Below are positions 25,945 through 38,549 of a stretch of DNA of 64,000 nt, one piece after another. Both the position numbers and the translations under genes were made by a program. The stretch is from contig NC_092397.1 in NCBI RefSeq assembly GCF_030028105.1, positions 31,711,097 to 31,775,096 of the forward strand, written 5' to 3'. This DNA is from Mobula birostris (taxonomy: Eukaryota). Under the pieces are notes generated by a model. It was not told the origin of the DNA, searched no databases, and saw only the letters and a list, made by a program, of their open reading frames with translations. How positions within the stretch are numbered: position 1 is the first letter of the stretch; every line of letters begins with the position of its first letter.

Positions 25945-26570
25945 TGATGTGAAGTTGCTGGTGTTTCAGCAGGTGGGATGACTTGAGTAAATTTCTTTGC
26001 TGACTCAGGACAGAAGTGTGTCCTCTATGAATTGTAAACTCACTGGAGCCTCACACGGTGGGTGAACTGAATGAATCTCCTCCCACACTCGGAACAGGTG
26101 TGAAGCTATACTGAGAGACAGAGACAACAGAGCCAAGTCTAGCTGCTCACCAGTGTGAACTGGCTGGTGTTTTAATAGCTCATGTGACTGAATGAATCCC
26201 GTCTGCCATGGAGCAGGTGAATGGCCTCTCCCCGTGTGAACTTGCTGGTGTATCTGCAGGTGCAGTGGCCTGGTGAATCCCTTCCAAAATGAGAGGCGGT
26301 GAACACCAACTCACTGGTATCAACTCTATGGCCATTTATCAGGTCAGTCCATGGACAAGTCCACGTATTGGGACTCTGGTGTGCTGTCTTCTCAACCATC
26401 TCCCCCTTCATATTCAGTGACTGGTAGCATTCAAATGCTGGGGAACCGACAGACACAGCAGAAGTGACACGCTGTTGCATTTGAGATTCTCAGACAGAAA
26501 TTCTTTGCCTTTTCTGCCTGTAAAATGTTTGCAAAGAAGATCAACAGGTGAAAGAGAATATATCTCAGCT
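25945..26570 (-). pseudogene. C2H2 zinc-finger gene remnant
   Basis: Minus strand gives frameshifted fingers and linkers: HLQIHQQVHTG.RPFTCS, KHQPVHTGE, TCSECGRRFIQ, SHLLKHQQLH; possible acceptor TTTACAG at about 26520. Confidence 0.8.
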
Positions 26571-27801
26571 GAGATTATTTTGGTTTTCATGTTGATGTCT
26601 GATGTCACACTGTTACAGTGAGGCTGAACACTGCGGAGGAACAACACTTCTAACTGGGCATAGTTCAGGCATAAGGACACAACATCAAATTCTCTGTTTT
26701 CATCTCTGCCCATCAAGCTGTGACTTGGCTCAGTGTGTCTCTCTCCATTACTTATAGCTTCACATTCTGGGTATCTCCCACAGACCTACTAAGCACACAA
26801 TACAAACAGAGCTGCTTTGTGAGAGTTTCTGCTGATCGTGACCCTGCTGGCATTTGACTGTAGTAAACTCAGAGTCAGCAATGCCATTAACCCTCAAGAG
26901 AATGTGATCAGGTTTTCTTGGTGCAGATTGACACTGCGGTATTCTTGCAGTGTGAAGACTTTTACAAATAAAATGGCATGAGGCATTTTCTGTTTCAGGA
27001 AAACCATAACAACTCGTTTATTGTCCTCCAAATACAGAAACATAAAGCACAGTTTAAAAAAAAACTTCACATACTTACATCATAACAGCAGTCCAGCTTC
27101 TAAAAGAGAAACACAACAGAATGTCAGTGGTCATTAATTACACACATTTCCAGCCATGACATTACCCTACGGCGACCCCACCCCCCACTGAATCCTCTTA
27201 CTGCTCCCCCTCTGTGATCTTTAGAGCAGTTTACTTCCTTTCAGTGACACTTGCAAGATAATACAGAGAAACACATCAAGTTCTCTCGTGTATTAGTGCT
27301 CCTAAGGGTGCTGCCATTTACTGTGGAGTTTCTTACGACATTTTACCTGTAAAACTCCTCATACTTGTCCAGATTAAAATCCATTTCCCCCATTTCTCCA
27401 TCCATGATTCCAATTGATCTATATCCACTTCTGTCCATTTGACAACCTTCCTCGCCACCCACAACTATACCAACATTCGTGTCATCAGCGATCTGATCCG
27501 CCCATGTGTGTTTTAATCTGAACAAACAAAGGTCCCATCACTGATCACTGTGGACACACTGGTTACATATCTACAGTCAAAATCATTCTCAATCCTCTCA
27601 GTTCAAATTTTGCTGCACGATACACACCATTCAAACCCTCCCACACCGAGACTCGAGGAAAGTTACACATTTATCACAAGACCAGAGTTGGGTTGAATGG
27701 TCTGGGCTTGTTACTCTGGATGCTCTGCTCCAAAGTCCATTCAGATTAGTACAAGGTAACCAGATACATCATCACTGAGACACTGATGTACAGCATTGTG
27801 T

Positions 27802-28233
27802 CACAAACAGGAGAAAATCTACAGTTGCTGGAAATCCAAGCCACACACACAAATGCTGAACAAACTCAGCGGGTCAGGCAGCATCTATAGAAAAAAAAAC
27901 ACAGCCACTGTTTTGGGACAAAACCCTTCGGCAGTACTTAGGAGAAAATCTGAGGAGTAGATTTAAAAGGTGGGGAAGGGGAGAGAGAAAATAAGGTGCG
28001 GGTGAAACCTGTAGGGGGCTGGGAAGTTGATTAGTGAAAGAGACAGGAGGCCATGGAAGAAAGAAAAGGAGGGAGGAGCACCAGAGGGAGATGGTGGGTG
28101 GGCAAGATGATGGGAAATGGTGAAAAGGGGGGTGTGGGAGGCATTACCAGAAATGCGATAGTTCGATGTTCATGCCGTCAGGTTGGAAGCCACCCATAAG
28201 GTGTTGTTCCTCCAACAAATGTGTGGCCACATC
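27802..28233 (-). mobile_element. Penelope-like element 3' end with 9-bp TSD
   Basis: Terminal repeat + UTR + GIY-YIG tail on the minus strand; GCATTGTGT at 27793-27801 and 28234-28242. Confidence 0.75.
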
Positions 28234-28353
28234 GCATTGTGTGATATTGTTTAAAAAGCTAAAAAGAATTCAAGTGTGAGGATGAATCTGAAAGAAGTTT
28301 CTACATTTACATTGCATGAGAGACTGGGAGACACAGTGCCAAGTACCAACTCC

Positions 28354-28483
28354 CACACTGTACCGGAAACTGACAGGTACAGAATGAACCCCACACTCTC
28401 ACACTGTACCAGAGGCTGACAGGTAGAAAATGAACCCCACACTCTCACACTGTACCAGAGACTGACGGGTACAGAATGAACCC
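28354..28483. repeat. 46-bp minisatellite, about 2.8 copies
   Basis: CACACTGTACC units start at 28354, 28400 and 28446. Confidence 0.9.
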
Positions 28484-28609
28484 TGTACATAATGTACAGA
28501 CATTACGTACTTTAACAAACCCGAACAACGCTCCTCCCCAACTCAAGACAGCACCACTTTGATCAATTTACACTGCAGTGGACTGTCTTGAGACTCGTTC
28601 AAATTCTCT

Positions 28610-28716
28610 GCAACACACATCAAAGTTGCTGGTGAACGCAGCAGGCCAGGCAGCATCTCTAGGAAAGAGGTACAGTCGACATTTTGGGCCGAGAACCTTC
28701 GGCAGGACTAACTGCT
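28610..28716 (-). repeat. Solo Penelope terminal repeat with degenerate hammerhead
   Basis: Minus strand AGTCCTGCCGAAGGTTCTCGGCCCAAAATGTCGACTG; AATTCTCT on both sides. Confidence 0.75.
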
Positions 28717-28883
28717 AATTCTCTTCTCTTTTTACAATTCTGTACAGCAGTTTAGTTCTTGTGAGCACTGTATCGTGGATACTATGTGTTTATGATGCTG
28801 CTGCAGTAAATTTATCTTTCACCTGGTCCATTTGACCTTCGGTCTCCTGCTGTCCTGTTTCATTACATAAACGTTTCATATTA

Positions 28884-30270
28884 TAGAAACATAGAAAATA
28901 GGTGCAGGAGAAGGCCATTTGGCCCTTTGAGCCTGCACTGCCATTTATTATGATCATGGCTGATCATCCAACTCAGAACACCGCCCCGGCCTTCCCTCCA
29001 TACCCCCTGACCCCCGTAGCCACAAGGGCCATATCTAACTCCCTCTTAAATATAGCCAATGAACTGGCCTCAACGGTTTCCTGTGGCAGAGAATTCCACA
29101 GATTCACCACTCTCTGTGTGAAGAAGTTTTTCCTAATCTCGGTCCTAAAAGGCTTCCCCTCTATCCTCAAACTGTGACCCCTTGTTCTGGACTTCCCCAA
29201 CATCGGGAACAATCTTCCTGCATCTAGCCTGTCCAATCCCTTTAGGATCTTATACGTTTCAATCAGATCCCCCCTCAATCTTCTAAATTCCAACGAGTAC
29301 AAGCCCAGTTCATCCATTCTTTCTTCATATGAAAGTCCTGCCATCCCAGGAATCAATCTGGTGAACCTTCTCTGTACTCCCTCTATGGTAAGGATGTCTT
29401 TCCTCAGATTAGGGGACCAAAACTGCACACAATACTCCAGGTGTGGTCTCACCAAGGCCTTGTACAACTGCAGTAGTACCTCCCTGCTCCTGTACTCGAA
29501 TCCTCTCGCTATAAATGCCAGCATACCATTTGCCTTTTTCACCGTCTGCTGTACCTGCATGCCCACTTTCAATGACTGGTGTATAATGACACCCAGGTCA
29601 CGTTGCACCTCCCCTTTTCCTAATCGGCCACCATTCAGATAATAATCTGTTTTCCTATTTTTGCCACCAAAGTGGATAACTTCACATTTATCCACATTAA
29701 ATTGCATCTGCCATGAATTTGCCCACTCACCCAACCTATCCAAGTCACCCTGCATCCTCTTAGCGTCCTCCTCACAGCTAACACTGCCACCTAGCTTCGT
29801 GTCATCCGCAAACTTGGAGATGCTGCATTTAATTCCCTCATCCAAGTCATTAATATATATTGTAAACAACTGGGGTCCCAGCACTGAGCCTTGCGGTACC
29901 CCACTAGTCACCGCCTGCCATTCTGAAAAGGTCCCGTTTAATCCCACTCTTTGCTTCCTGTCTGCTAACCAACTCTCCACTCACACCAATACCTTACCCC
30001 CAATACCGTGTGCTTTAAGTTTGCACACTAATCTCCTGTGTGGGACCTTGTCAAAAGCCTTCTGAAAATCCAAATATACCACATCCACTGGTTCTCCCCT
30101 ATCCACTCTACCAGTTACATCCTCAAAAAATTCTATGAGATTCGTCAGACATGATTTTCTTTTCACAAATCCATGCTGACTTTGTCCGATCATTTCACCG
30201 CTTTCCAAATGTGCTGTTATCACATCCTTGATAACTGACTCCAGCAGTTTCCCCACCACCGACGTTAGGC
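28884..30270 (-). mobile_element. Young 5'-truncated CR1 LINE, same subfamily as 7576-9828
   Basis: ORFs 28973-29980 and 29981-30259 in frame with one TGA; near-identical to the 7.6-kb copy; TATTA at both junctions. Confidence 0.95.
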
Positions 30271-30469
30271 TATTAACTGTGTGTTTTCCTCATTCCATCT
30301 GCTTTTCTAGCAGATACGACGGGCCGAATGACCGAATACTGTCGCTGTAGTTGGTCCATTTTGTATTTTAGATTTCCTTCCTGCGGAATTAACCGGCAGC
30401 AGCAACTCACCACATCGGCGACAGTTCCCAGTCCACGGCGTTACCCAAAACGAACACTGGGTAGGGCAG

Positions 30470-30664
30470 AACGAGTTCTGATTGGTTGAACGAATTCCTT
30501 TAGCTATCCAATCAAATTATCTTACTGCATGGACGTTACTTCAAATAGCCATTGAGAAACATAGGCATCCCATCCCTCATTAGCATACACCTCTGGGCGC
30601 TGCCTATTTAATTCGTGCTCCGAGCCCGTTTTGCTTATTTGTGGTTCTGAAGCGGTCAGCTGAA
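30470..30664 (+). promoter_or_regulatory. Histone H2B promoter
   Basis: ATTGG/CCAAT boxes, octamer variant ATTAGCAT 30579-30586, TATTTAA at about 30605; conserved with the first H2B promoter. Confidence 0.7.
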
Positions 30665-31039
30665 ATGCCTGAGACAGCGAAACCCGCTCCGAAGAAGGGC
30701 GCCAAGAAAACTCTGCCCAAACCAGCGGGTAAGGCAGGGAAGAAGCGCAAGAGGCTGAGGAAGGAGAGTTACTCCATCTACATCTACAAAGTGATGAAGC
30801 AGGTTCACCCCGATACTGGCATCTCCTCCAAGGCCATGAGCATCATGAATTCATTCGTCAACGACATCTTCGAGCGCATCGGGGGCGAGGCTTCCCGCCT
30901 GGCCCATTACAACAAGCGGTCAACCATCACCTCACGGGAGATCCAGACCGCCGTGCGCCTGCTGCTGCCCGGGGAGCTGGCCAAGCACGCCGTTTCCGAA
31001 GGGACAAAGGCGGTGACCAAGTACACCAGCTCCAAGTAA
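30665..31039 (+). CDS. H2B: Histone H2B (124 aa)
   Basis: [12 protein letters not shown]...TKYTSSK; ATG at 30665; stem-loop downstream. Confidence 0.98.
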   Translation: MPETAKPAPKKGAKKTLPKPAGKAGKKRKRLRKESYSIYIYKVMKQVHPDTGISSKAMSIMNSFVNDIFERIGGEASRLAHYNKRSTITSREIQTAVRLLLPGELAKHAVSEGTKAVTKYTSSK

Positions 31040-31070
31040 AGCTCCCCAGTGAGATGATCGGAAACACAAC

Positions 31071-31111
31071 GGCTCTTTTAAGAGCCACTCACGATTTCAC
31101 TGAGAGAGTTG
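31071..31111 (+). terminator. Histone stem-loop and downstream element (H2B)
   Basis: GGCTCTTTTAAGAGCC 31071-31086; GAGAGAGTTG at about 31102-31111. Confidence 0.95.
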
Positions 31112-31679
31112 TACTAGCATTTAGGCAATACATGGCGCACGTTTTATGTGTGGTGACTTTTACAGGAGCTAAAGAGCGGTTGGAATATCCGCTTCATCTT
31201 CCCTCAATAATCCTGGTGTTTAACATTCCTCCCACTCCCGTTGCTGTTTTAGCTGTGGGTTCAGGAGTTTATTAGTTGGAGTTAGGTAACTTCTCTGAAT
31301 CTCATTTTAATTCGAGGCCGGAACGACTTCACGGTTCTTTCATACAACAGTTTTTAAAAAAAAAAAATTGCAGACTAGCCGCTGGTCACAGTTTGTCCAT
31401 AACCTGCTAACGTTTACACAATGACTGGCACCGGGCAGAAGCTGAGTGTCAGATTTACTCGGTTCCTTTACGAGTTGAAAGAAATTTGAGTGCCCAGACA
31501 CTCCATTATCAACTACACTTACATTAAATGTGCCCGGTTTCAGTAACAGGGGGAAATACGAAGACCCAGTCCTCAAACAGATCAGCAATGATTTAATTTC
31601 AGATTAAATTTGAACAATGAGTTTTTTTGGCGGGCTTTTTCCAATTTTCAGAGTACTTTGGGGAGGAGATGGTTACACT

Positions 31680-32264
<585 letters not shown>

Positions 32265-32294
32265 GGCGACGTAAACTGAACCTATTTACCCAAA

Positions 32295-32335
32295 GGCTCT
32301 TTTCAGAGCCACTCACAGTGTCTGTGGAAGGGCTG
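32295..32335 (+). terminator. Histone stem-loop and downstream element (H2A)
   Basis: GGCTCTTTTCAGAGCC 32295-32310; GGAAGGGCTG 32326-32335. Confidence 0.95.
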
Positions 32336-32861
32336 AACAGCGGGTGATTACCGTTCGGAGTAACTCGGCTGTGTATCTGACACGGCCCCGATCGGAGGCA
32401 TCCCTGGTAACGTTTTCTCTCCTTCCGTCGTGTTTCTTCCGCGAATTAAATCGGTATAAGTCTGCAGAGTACGCGGTCCGCTTCGCCCTGACTCATTTCC
32501 CGTCTCTGCTGGCTGAATGGAGCTCTCTCCCCTTGCGGGGCGGGGAAATTAACTTTCAGAGTCAGCCCCCGGAGGGTGAATTTAATCTCCGATCATTGAA
32601 CGATTCCGGTCTTCATGACCTGAAACCGCGTTGTCTGGGTTTGACATTGCGGGTTGACCCTGGACCGTTCCGCTGATCGCTTCATGAGCAATTCCCACCG
32701 CCTCACAGAACAATATTGATTTGCAGCTTTACATTTATCTACAAAAGTACATTTACCATATGGAACTGACAGTATTTACTGAAAATCTCGTCCGCCTGGG
32801 TCTCTGAAATATAAATGAACATTTGCAAAGTCGGGGTCAGTTTGGTCAGATCTCCCGAGAC

Positions 32862-32921
32862 ACGGCTCCCTCTGTGAGGCGGTGGGTCGCTCTGATACAG
32901 ACTTTTGTTTGTGCCAGGAAG
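32862..32921 (-). pseudogene. Orphan decayed H4 3' end (stem-loop region), no CDS
   Basis: ACGGCTCC..TGTGAGGCGGTGGGT.GCTCT..TTTGTTT matches the H4 3' flank at 44916-44980. Confidence 0.7.
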
Positions 32922-33279
32922 AAAAGGGAGGGGGTGGGTGGATCGACAAGGAGGTTCAGTGCTGTCCTGTCTCTAATAGGAACTTCTAAATACTGATTGA
33001 TAAAACTGGACACACAGAATAAATTCTGCGCCACCAACCCTTTTGCAGTGCGGCGGTCCCAGTATACATGATGCGGCAATCCCCAGGGATGTCTTCTCTA
33101 AGTACCACTGAGATGTTCTCTCTGGTCAAACACATCTCTCCCCTCCACTCCATCGTACCTGTAGCATTTGTATTGTGAAACTGATCTGCCGGTCCTGCCC
33201 CTCCGACAATCATTTTTCTGTTGGGGATATAATATCCCAGTCTCCTGCACGGATCCATGCCCAGGGGCCATCTTCTGTT

Positions 33280-36200
33280 CAGAGAACAAAGGACAGTACA
33301 GGAGTGGCCCTTTGGCCCTTCTCTACATATTCTTGTGACTGTCTAAATTTCCTTAAATACTCCTGTGCTCTCTGCCTCTGCCACCACCCCTGACAGTGCA
33401 TTCCATGTCTCCATCAATCTGTTGTCTTCACTTTCTTCCTCTGACCTTAAATACATGCCTTCTGTGAAAAATATTACTGGCTGTCTACACCAACTATGAC
33501 CACAAAATTCCACAGGTTTCTATCAAATCTCTCCTGAGCCGACGCCACTCCAGAAGAAAAAAGTTTCAGCATGTCGAGCCTCTCCTCAGCGCACACCTCC
33601 TCCAGACATCCTGCTCCAAACCCTCCACATGCTTCCTATAATGAGGTGATCAGAACTGAACACGATACTCTCAATGTGGCCTAACCAGCATTTTATAAAC
33701 CTGTAACATCATGTCCTGGGGCTTGAACTCAGTGCCTTGCCTGATGAAGGTAAACATACCATACACCAACTTTACCTCCCTGTCAACCTGTGCTCCCAGT
33801 TTTAGGGAACCGATGTCTCTGAACCTCAACATCCTTCTCTTTGTCAATACTGTTAATGTTCCTGCCATTAACTGTGTACACACCCTTGATGTTGGATCTC
33901 CCAAAGTGCAGCCCTAGGTATCCTTTTCACCACAACGAATGTATGGAATGCAATGGGATTATCTTCAATCCTACTTGCCGGAGATTTTTCATCAGTGTTT
34001 CCAGCTCTCCAAACATTCTTGAGTTCCCCTGTTTTTTAAATATAGTCCTCAAACACCCTGTTTGATTACAGATTCCTAAGCCTTACTTATGCTTCTTCCT
34101 CCTCCTTGATTAAATTAACTTCCTGTCACATCATCCAAGGTTCCTGAACCTTGCCATTCTTGACCCTCCCTCTTACTGGAAAAAACTGGCCCTGAAACAC
34201 TGCACTGGTCTTTCAACAAACTCCAGGTCAGATGTGGATTTGCCTCAAAATCCATCGTTACATATTGCTGTGCCTGGCATCTAACTCAGCTTCAATCTCT
34301 CCATTCAGTGACTGGTGTTCTGTTTCACATCCCCCTGTCAATCTCGTTTCAACCCTCATAGGGAGCAGCAATGAACCTCATGATCCTGACCGCCCTCCAG
34401 TAAAACTGCAAACCATCCCTCTTGTAAATGTCACCACAACACCAGAAGAGGTTCCAATGTTCTGTAATCCTGAAACCCTGTCCCTGTATCAGCTCCTTAG
34501 CCACACATTCATCAGCTCTCACTTTCTGTTTGTATCCCTACCACCACAGGGCACTAGGAGTAAACTGGAGATTACAACATTTCAGGTTCTGCTCCATAAC
34601 TTCTTCCCTAACTCTCTGTGGGACATCATCCCTTTTCTACCTGTCCATTGGTACCGATGTGAATCACCATCTCTGGCTGAATGAACACCATCCCCCTGTT
34701 CTGTATCTGCTCCGAGATGTCCCTGACTCTCAGAGTATTTACAACTTTTAAAACCAACAAAAAGCAACAAAAAAAGTCATAAAGAGAGGAAAAAGTTAGA
34801 ATACGAAGGTAAGCTAGCCACTGGTATTAAAGAGTATACCGAAAGTTTCTTCAGATATACAAAGTGTAAAAGAGAGGCAAAAGTAGATATTAGTTCATTG
34901 GAAGATGTTACTGGAGAGGTAGTAATGGGGTACAGGAAAATGGCAGACAATCTGAATAAGTATTGTGCATCAGTCTTCACTGGGGACGATATTAGCAGTC
35001 TGCTGGAAATTCAAGAGAATCAGCGGGAAGAAATGAGTGATTTTGCCTTTACTAGGGAGATGGTCCTTGGGAATCTGAAAGGTCTGAAGGTAGAGAATTC
35101 ACTTGGACCAGATTATCTACACCAGTGCTATGAAAGATGTGGCTGAAGAGATTGTGGCAGTTTTAGTAATAATCTTTCCATAATCTCTGGATTCTGGTGT
35201 GGTTCCAGAGAACAGGAAAATTGCAAAGGTCATCCACTCTTAAAGAAGAGGGAGAAGCAGAAGAAAGCAAATCATAGGCCAGCTAGTCCGATCTCAGTGG
35301 TTGGGAAGATGATGGAGTCAATTGTCAAGGATGTATTTTTGGGTACTTGGCAACACATGAAAAAATAGGCCAAAGTCAGCATGGTTTCCTTTAATCAGTC
35401 CTCACCAAAGACTTGTGTATCTGCAACACTTCTTCCCAACTCTCGTACTCAGTGACATGAATGATGAAGGCCGGCAGATCAAACCCCATCTTCACCACCG
35501 TACCTAGCTGAGACGTCACTTTCAGTGAATTACACATTCACATGGACATTATTTATATAAATTGCAAACAACAAAGGTCCTGTCACCCAGTGGCACACCA
35601 CTAGACAGACAGCTCCAGTCTGAGACACAACCCTCAACCATCAGCCTCTGCCTCCTGTCACCGAGGCAATTATGGAATCGATCAACTATCTCCCCAGATT
35701 CCAGTTTCTAGATCTAACCTTCCAGACTATAGTCAAAGGCCTGGCTAATGTCCATATAAACAACATCCACAGCCCTAACCTCATCTACACCCTTGTGAAA
35801 CCCCTCAAAGGGCTGCAAGAAATTACCAGACATAATTTTCCTTGCACAAAACTGTGCTGACTGTCTTGAATCAAACCAAATTTTGGTGGATCCTGTTCTT
35901 CAGAAACTCCTCCAACAAATTACAGACTGATGGGCCTGTAGTTTCCACTACCCTTTTTGAACAATGGCAGCGCATAAACCATCAGTCCTGAAGTCACAGG
36001 AGCAGGATTAGGCCTTTTGGCCCATTCAGTCTGTTCTGCCATTCCATCATATATCCCTCTCAACCCCATTCTCCTGCCTTCTACCCATAAACTTTGATAC
36101 CCTTAATAATAATTAAAAATCTACTAACCTCTGCTTTAAAAAAAAAACACTGACTGCCTTTATGGCTGCCTGTGGAAATGAAATCCATTGATTCATCACC

Positions 36201-37890
36201 TTCTGACTAAAGAAATTACTCATCTCTATTCTAGAGGGGCATCTTTTTATTGAGGGTGTGGTTTGGTTCTAGATTCCTCCATTATTGGAAACATCCTCTC
36301 ACATCAACGCTATCTAGGCCGTTCAATATTCAATGTGTTTCTATAAGATTCTCCCTCATTCTTCTAGACTCCAGTGACTGCAGGCCCAGATCATCAAATG
36401 ATTATTACATCCTAACTCTTTCAGTCCTGGGATCATTCTCGTGAATTTCCACTACAGCCTCTGCAATGCCAGCACATCCTTTCTTAGAGAAGTTACCCAA
36501 GCCTGCTCATGATACTCCAAATGAGGTCTGACCAAAGCCTCAGCATTAGATCCTTGTTTTATTTTCTAGTTCTCTTGAAATGCATGCAAGTATTACATTT
36601 GCCTTCCTCACTACCAACTCAATGTGTGCATTAACCTTTAGGGAATCGTGCACTAAGACCCTTCACACAACTGATTTCTGTTCTCTCCCTGTTCAGAAAG
36701 AGCCTAGGGTGTTATTCCTCCTACCGGAGTACATGACCACACACTTCATTACACTGTATTTCATCTGGCACTTCCTTGTCCATTCTCCAAATCTGTCCAA
36801 GTGCTACTGCAGACTCCCTGCTTCCTCAACACTGCCTGCCTCTTCATATCATCCACAGTCTTGGCCTCAAAACTATCAATTCCACATTAGTCACCCTGTC
36901 CAATCATGTGCAACCTCAACTGGTGCCTGAGATGAAGCAAAATAATCTCTCCCCTGGCCTCCACAGTGTATTCTCCAGCTTCCCACAAAGTACGAGAATG
37001 TACCTGATAAAGCCCTGGAGATTTAACAACCTTAAAGAATTTTTGCAATGGTGAAATAACTGTCAGAAATATTCATGGAAAGCCTCTCCTATTTCATTTG
37101 CCTCCACACACAGATGGCCATGTTCACCTCCAAGGGTGATTCTGTGTCTAACTTAACTTTTCCTATGAATATACCAAGAGAATCTCTTGGATTTTGCTCA
37201 CTTTGCCTTCTGAATCATGATATCCTCCTTTTACCCTCCTAACTTTTATTAGAGATCCTATCTCTAATAATATTCTCGAATAATTTCCCGAACATTGATC
37301 CAAGACTCACCAATCTGTAATTTGTCTCCATTGCCTGAGGAACAACATGCCCTGGAATATCAACATTCCCTTCTCTGATCTCACTATCCTCCATGACCAC
37401 ATTGATGAATACTGCTGAGAAGTACAGGTTTAGTCCTTCGCACACTTCAGACATAAACTCTCTCCTCTGTGCTTGTGTTGTCGTACCCTCTCCGCAGTGC
37501 CCCTTCTCACCAAAGTTATTTCTTCTTCCCGTTTCACACTTCTGATTCTCTCTCTAACTTCTCTCTTACTTGTTTCATGTTGCCAGAGGCTTTCTCCAAT
37601 TTCTACTTCTGAAATATTCCTTATCCTTCATTTTCTTTCAGTCTGAATTCATAACATCTCTCACTATGCCCCTCTGCCAGACTTTACCATCCTTGTGTTT
37701 CCTCCTCATAGAAACAGTTCTGTCTGAATTCTGACCCGATTGCTTTTAAACATCATTTACATGTTCAATGTAGACAGTTGCAATTAACTGTACCCCAAAT
37801 GACCATATTACCACCGGGTCCAGTCTTGTCCCTATTTACTGTTCCGAAAATTAAACTTCTATCAATGGCCAGGCTCATTTCCCAATACAA
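33280..37890. mobile_element. Dense mosaic of old CR1 fragments
   Basis: MLQVYKMLVRPH (33671-33904), MADNLNKYCASVFT (34898-35146) and several CR1 3' ends. Confidence 0.65.
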
Positions 37891-37902
37891 TGTTTTCTAT
37901 GA

Positions 37903-38543
37903 CATTTATAGCGAGAGGATTCGAGTACAGGAGCAGGGAGGTACTACTGCAGTTGTACAAGGCCTTGGTGAGACCACACCTGGAGTATTGTGTGCAGTTT
38001 TGGTCCCCTAATCTGAGGAAAGACATCCTTGCTATAGAGGGAGTACAAAGAAGGTTCACCAGATTGATTCCTGGGATGGCAGGACTTTCATATGAAGAAA
38101 GACTGGATGAACTGGGCTTGTACTCGTTGGAATTTAGAAGATTGAGGGGGATCTGATTGAAACGTATAAGATCCTAAAGGGATTGGACAGGCTAGATGCA
38201 GGAAGATTGTTCCCGATGTTGGGGAAGTCCAGAACGAGGGGCCACAGTTTGAGGATTGAGGGGAAGCCTTTTAGGACCGAGATTAGGAAAAACTTCTTCA
38301 CACAGAGAGTGGTGAATCTGTGGAATTCTCTGCCACAGGAAACAGTTGAGGCCAGTTCATTGGCTATATTTAAGAGGGAGTTAGATATGGCCCTTGTGGC
38401 TATGGGGGTCAGGGGGTATGGAGGGAAGGCTGGGGCGGGGTTCTGAGTTGGATGATCAGCCATGATCATAATAAATGGCGGTGCAGGCTCGAAGGGCCGA
38501 ATGGCCTGCTCCTGCACCTATTTTCTATGTTTCTATGTTTCTA
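37903..38543 (+). mobile_element. Young CR1 3' fragment with (TTTCTATG)3 tail
   Basis: Near-identical to the two other young copies; [29 protein letters not shown]; TTTCTATG also precedes the 5' junction. Confidence 0.95.
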
Positions 38544-38549
38544 TGGCTC

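Noticed and set aside
28354-28483. CRISPR-like repeat array
   Set aside because: Contiguous tandem units with no unique spacers, no cas genes, vertebrate context.
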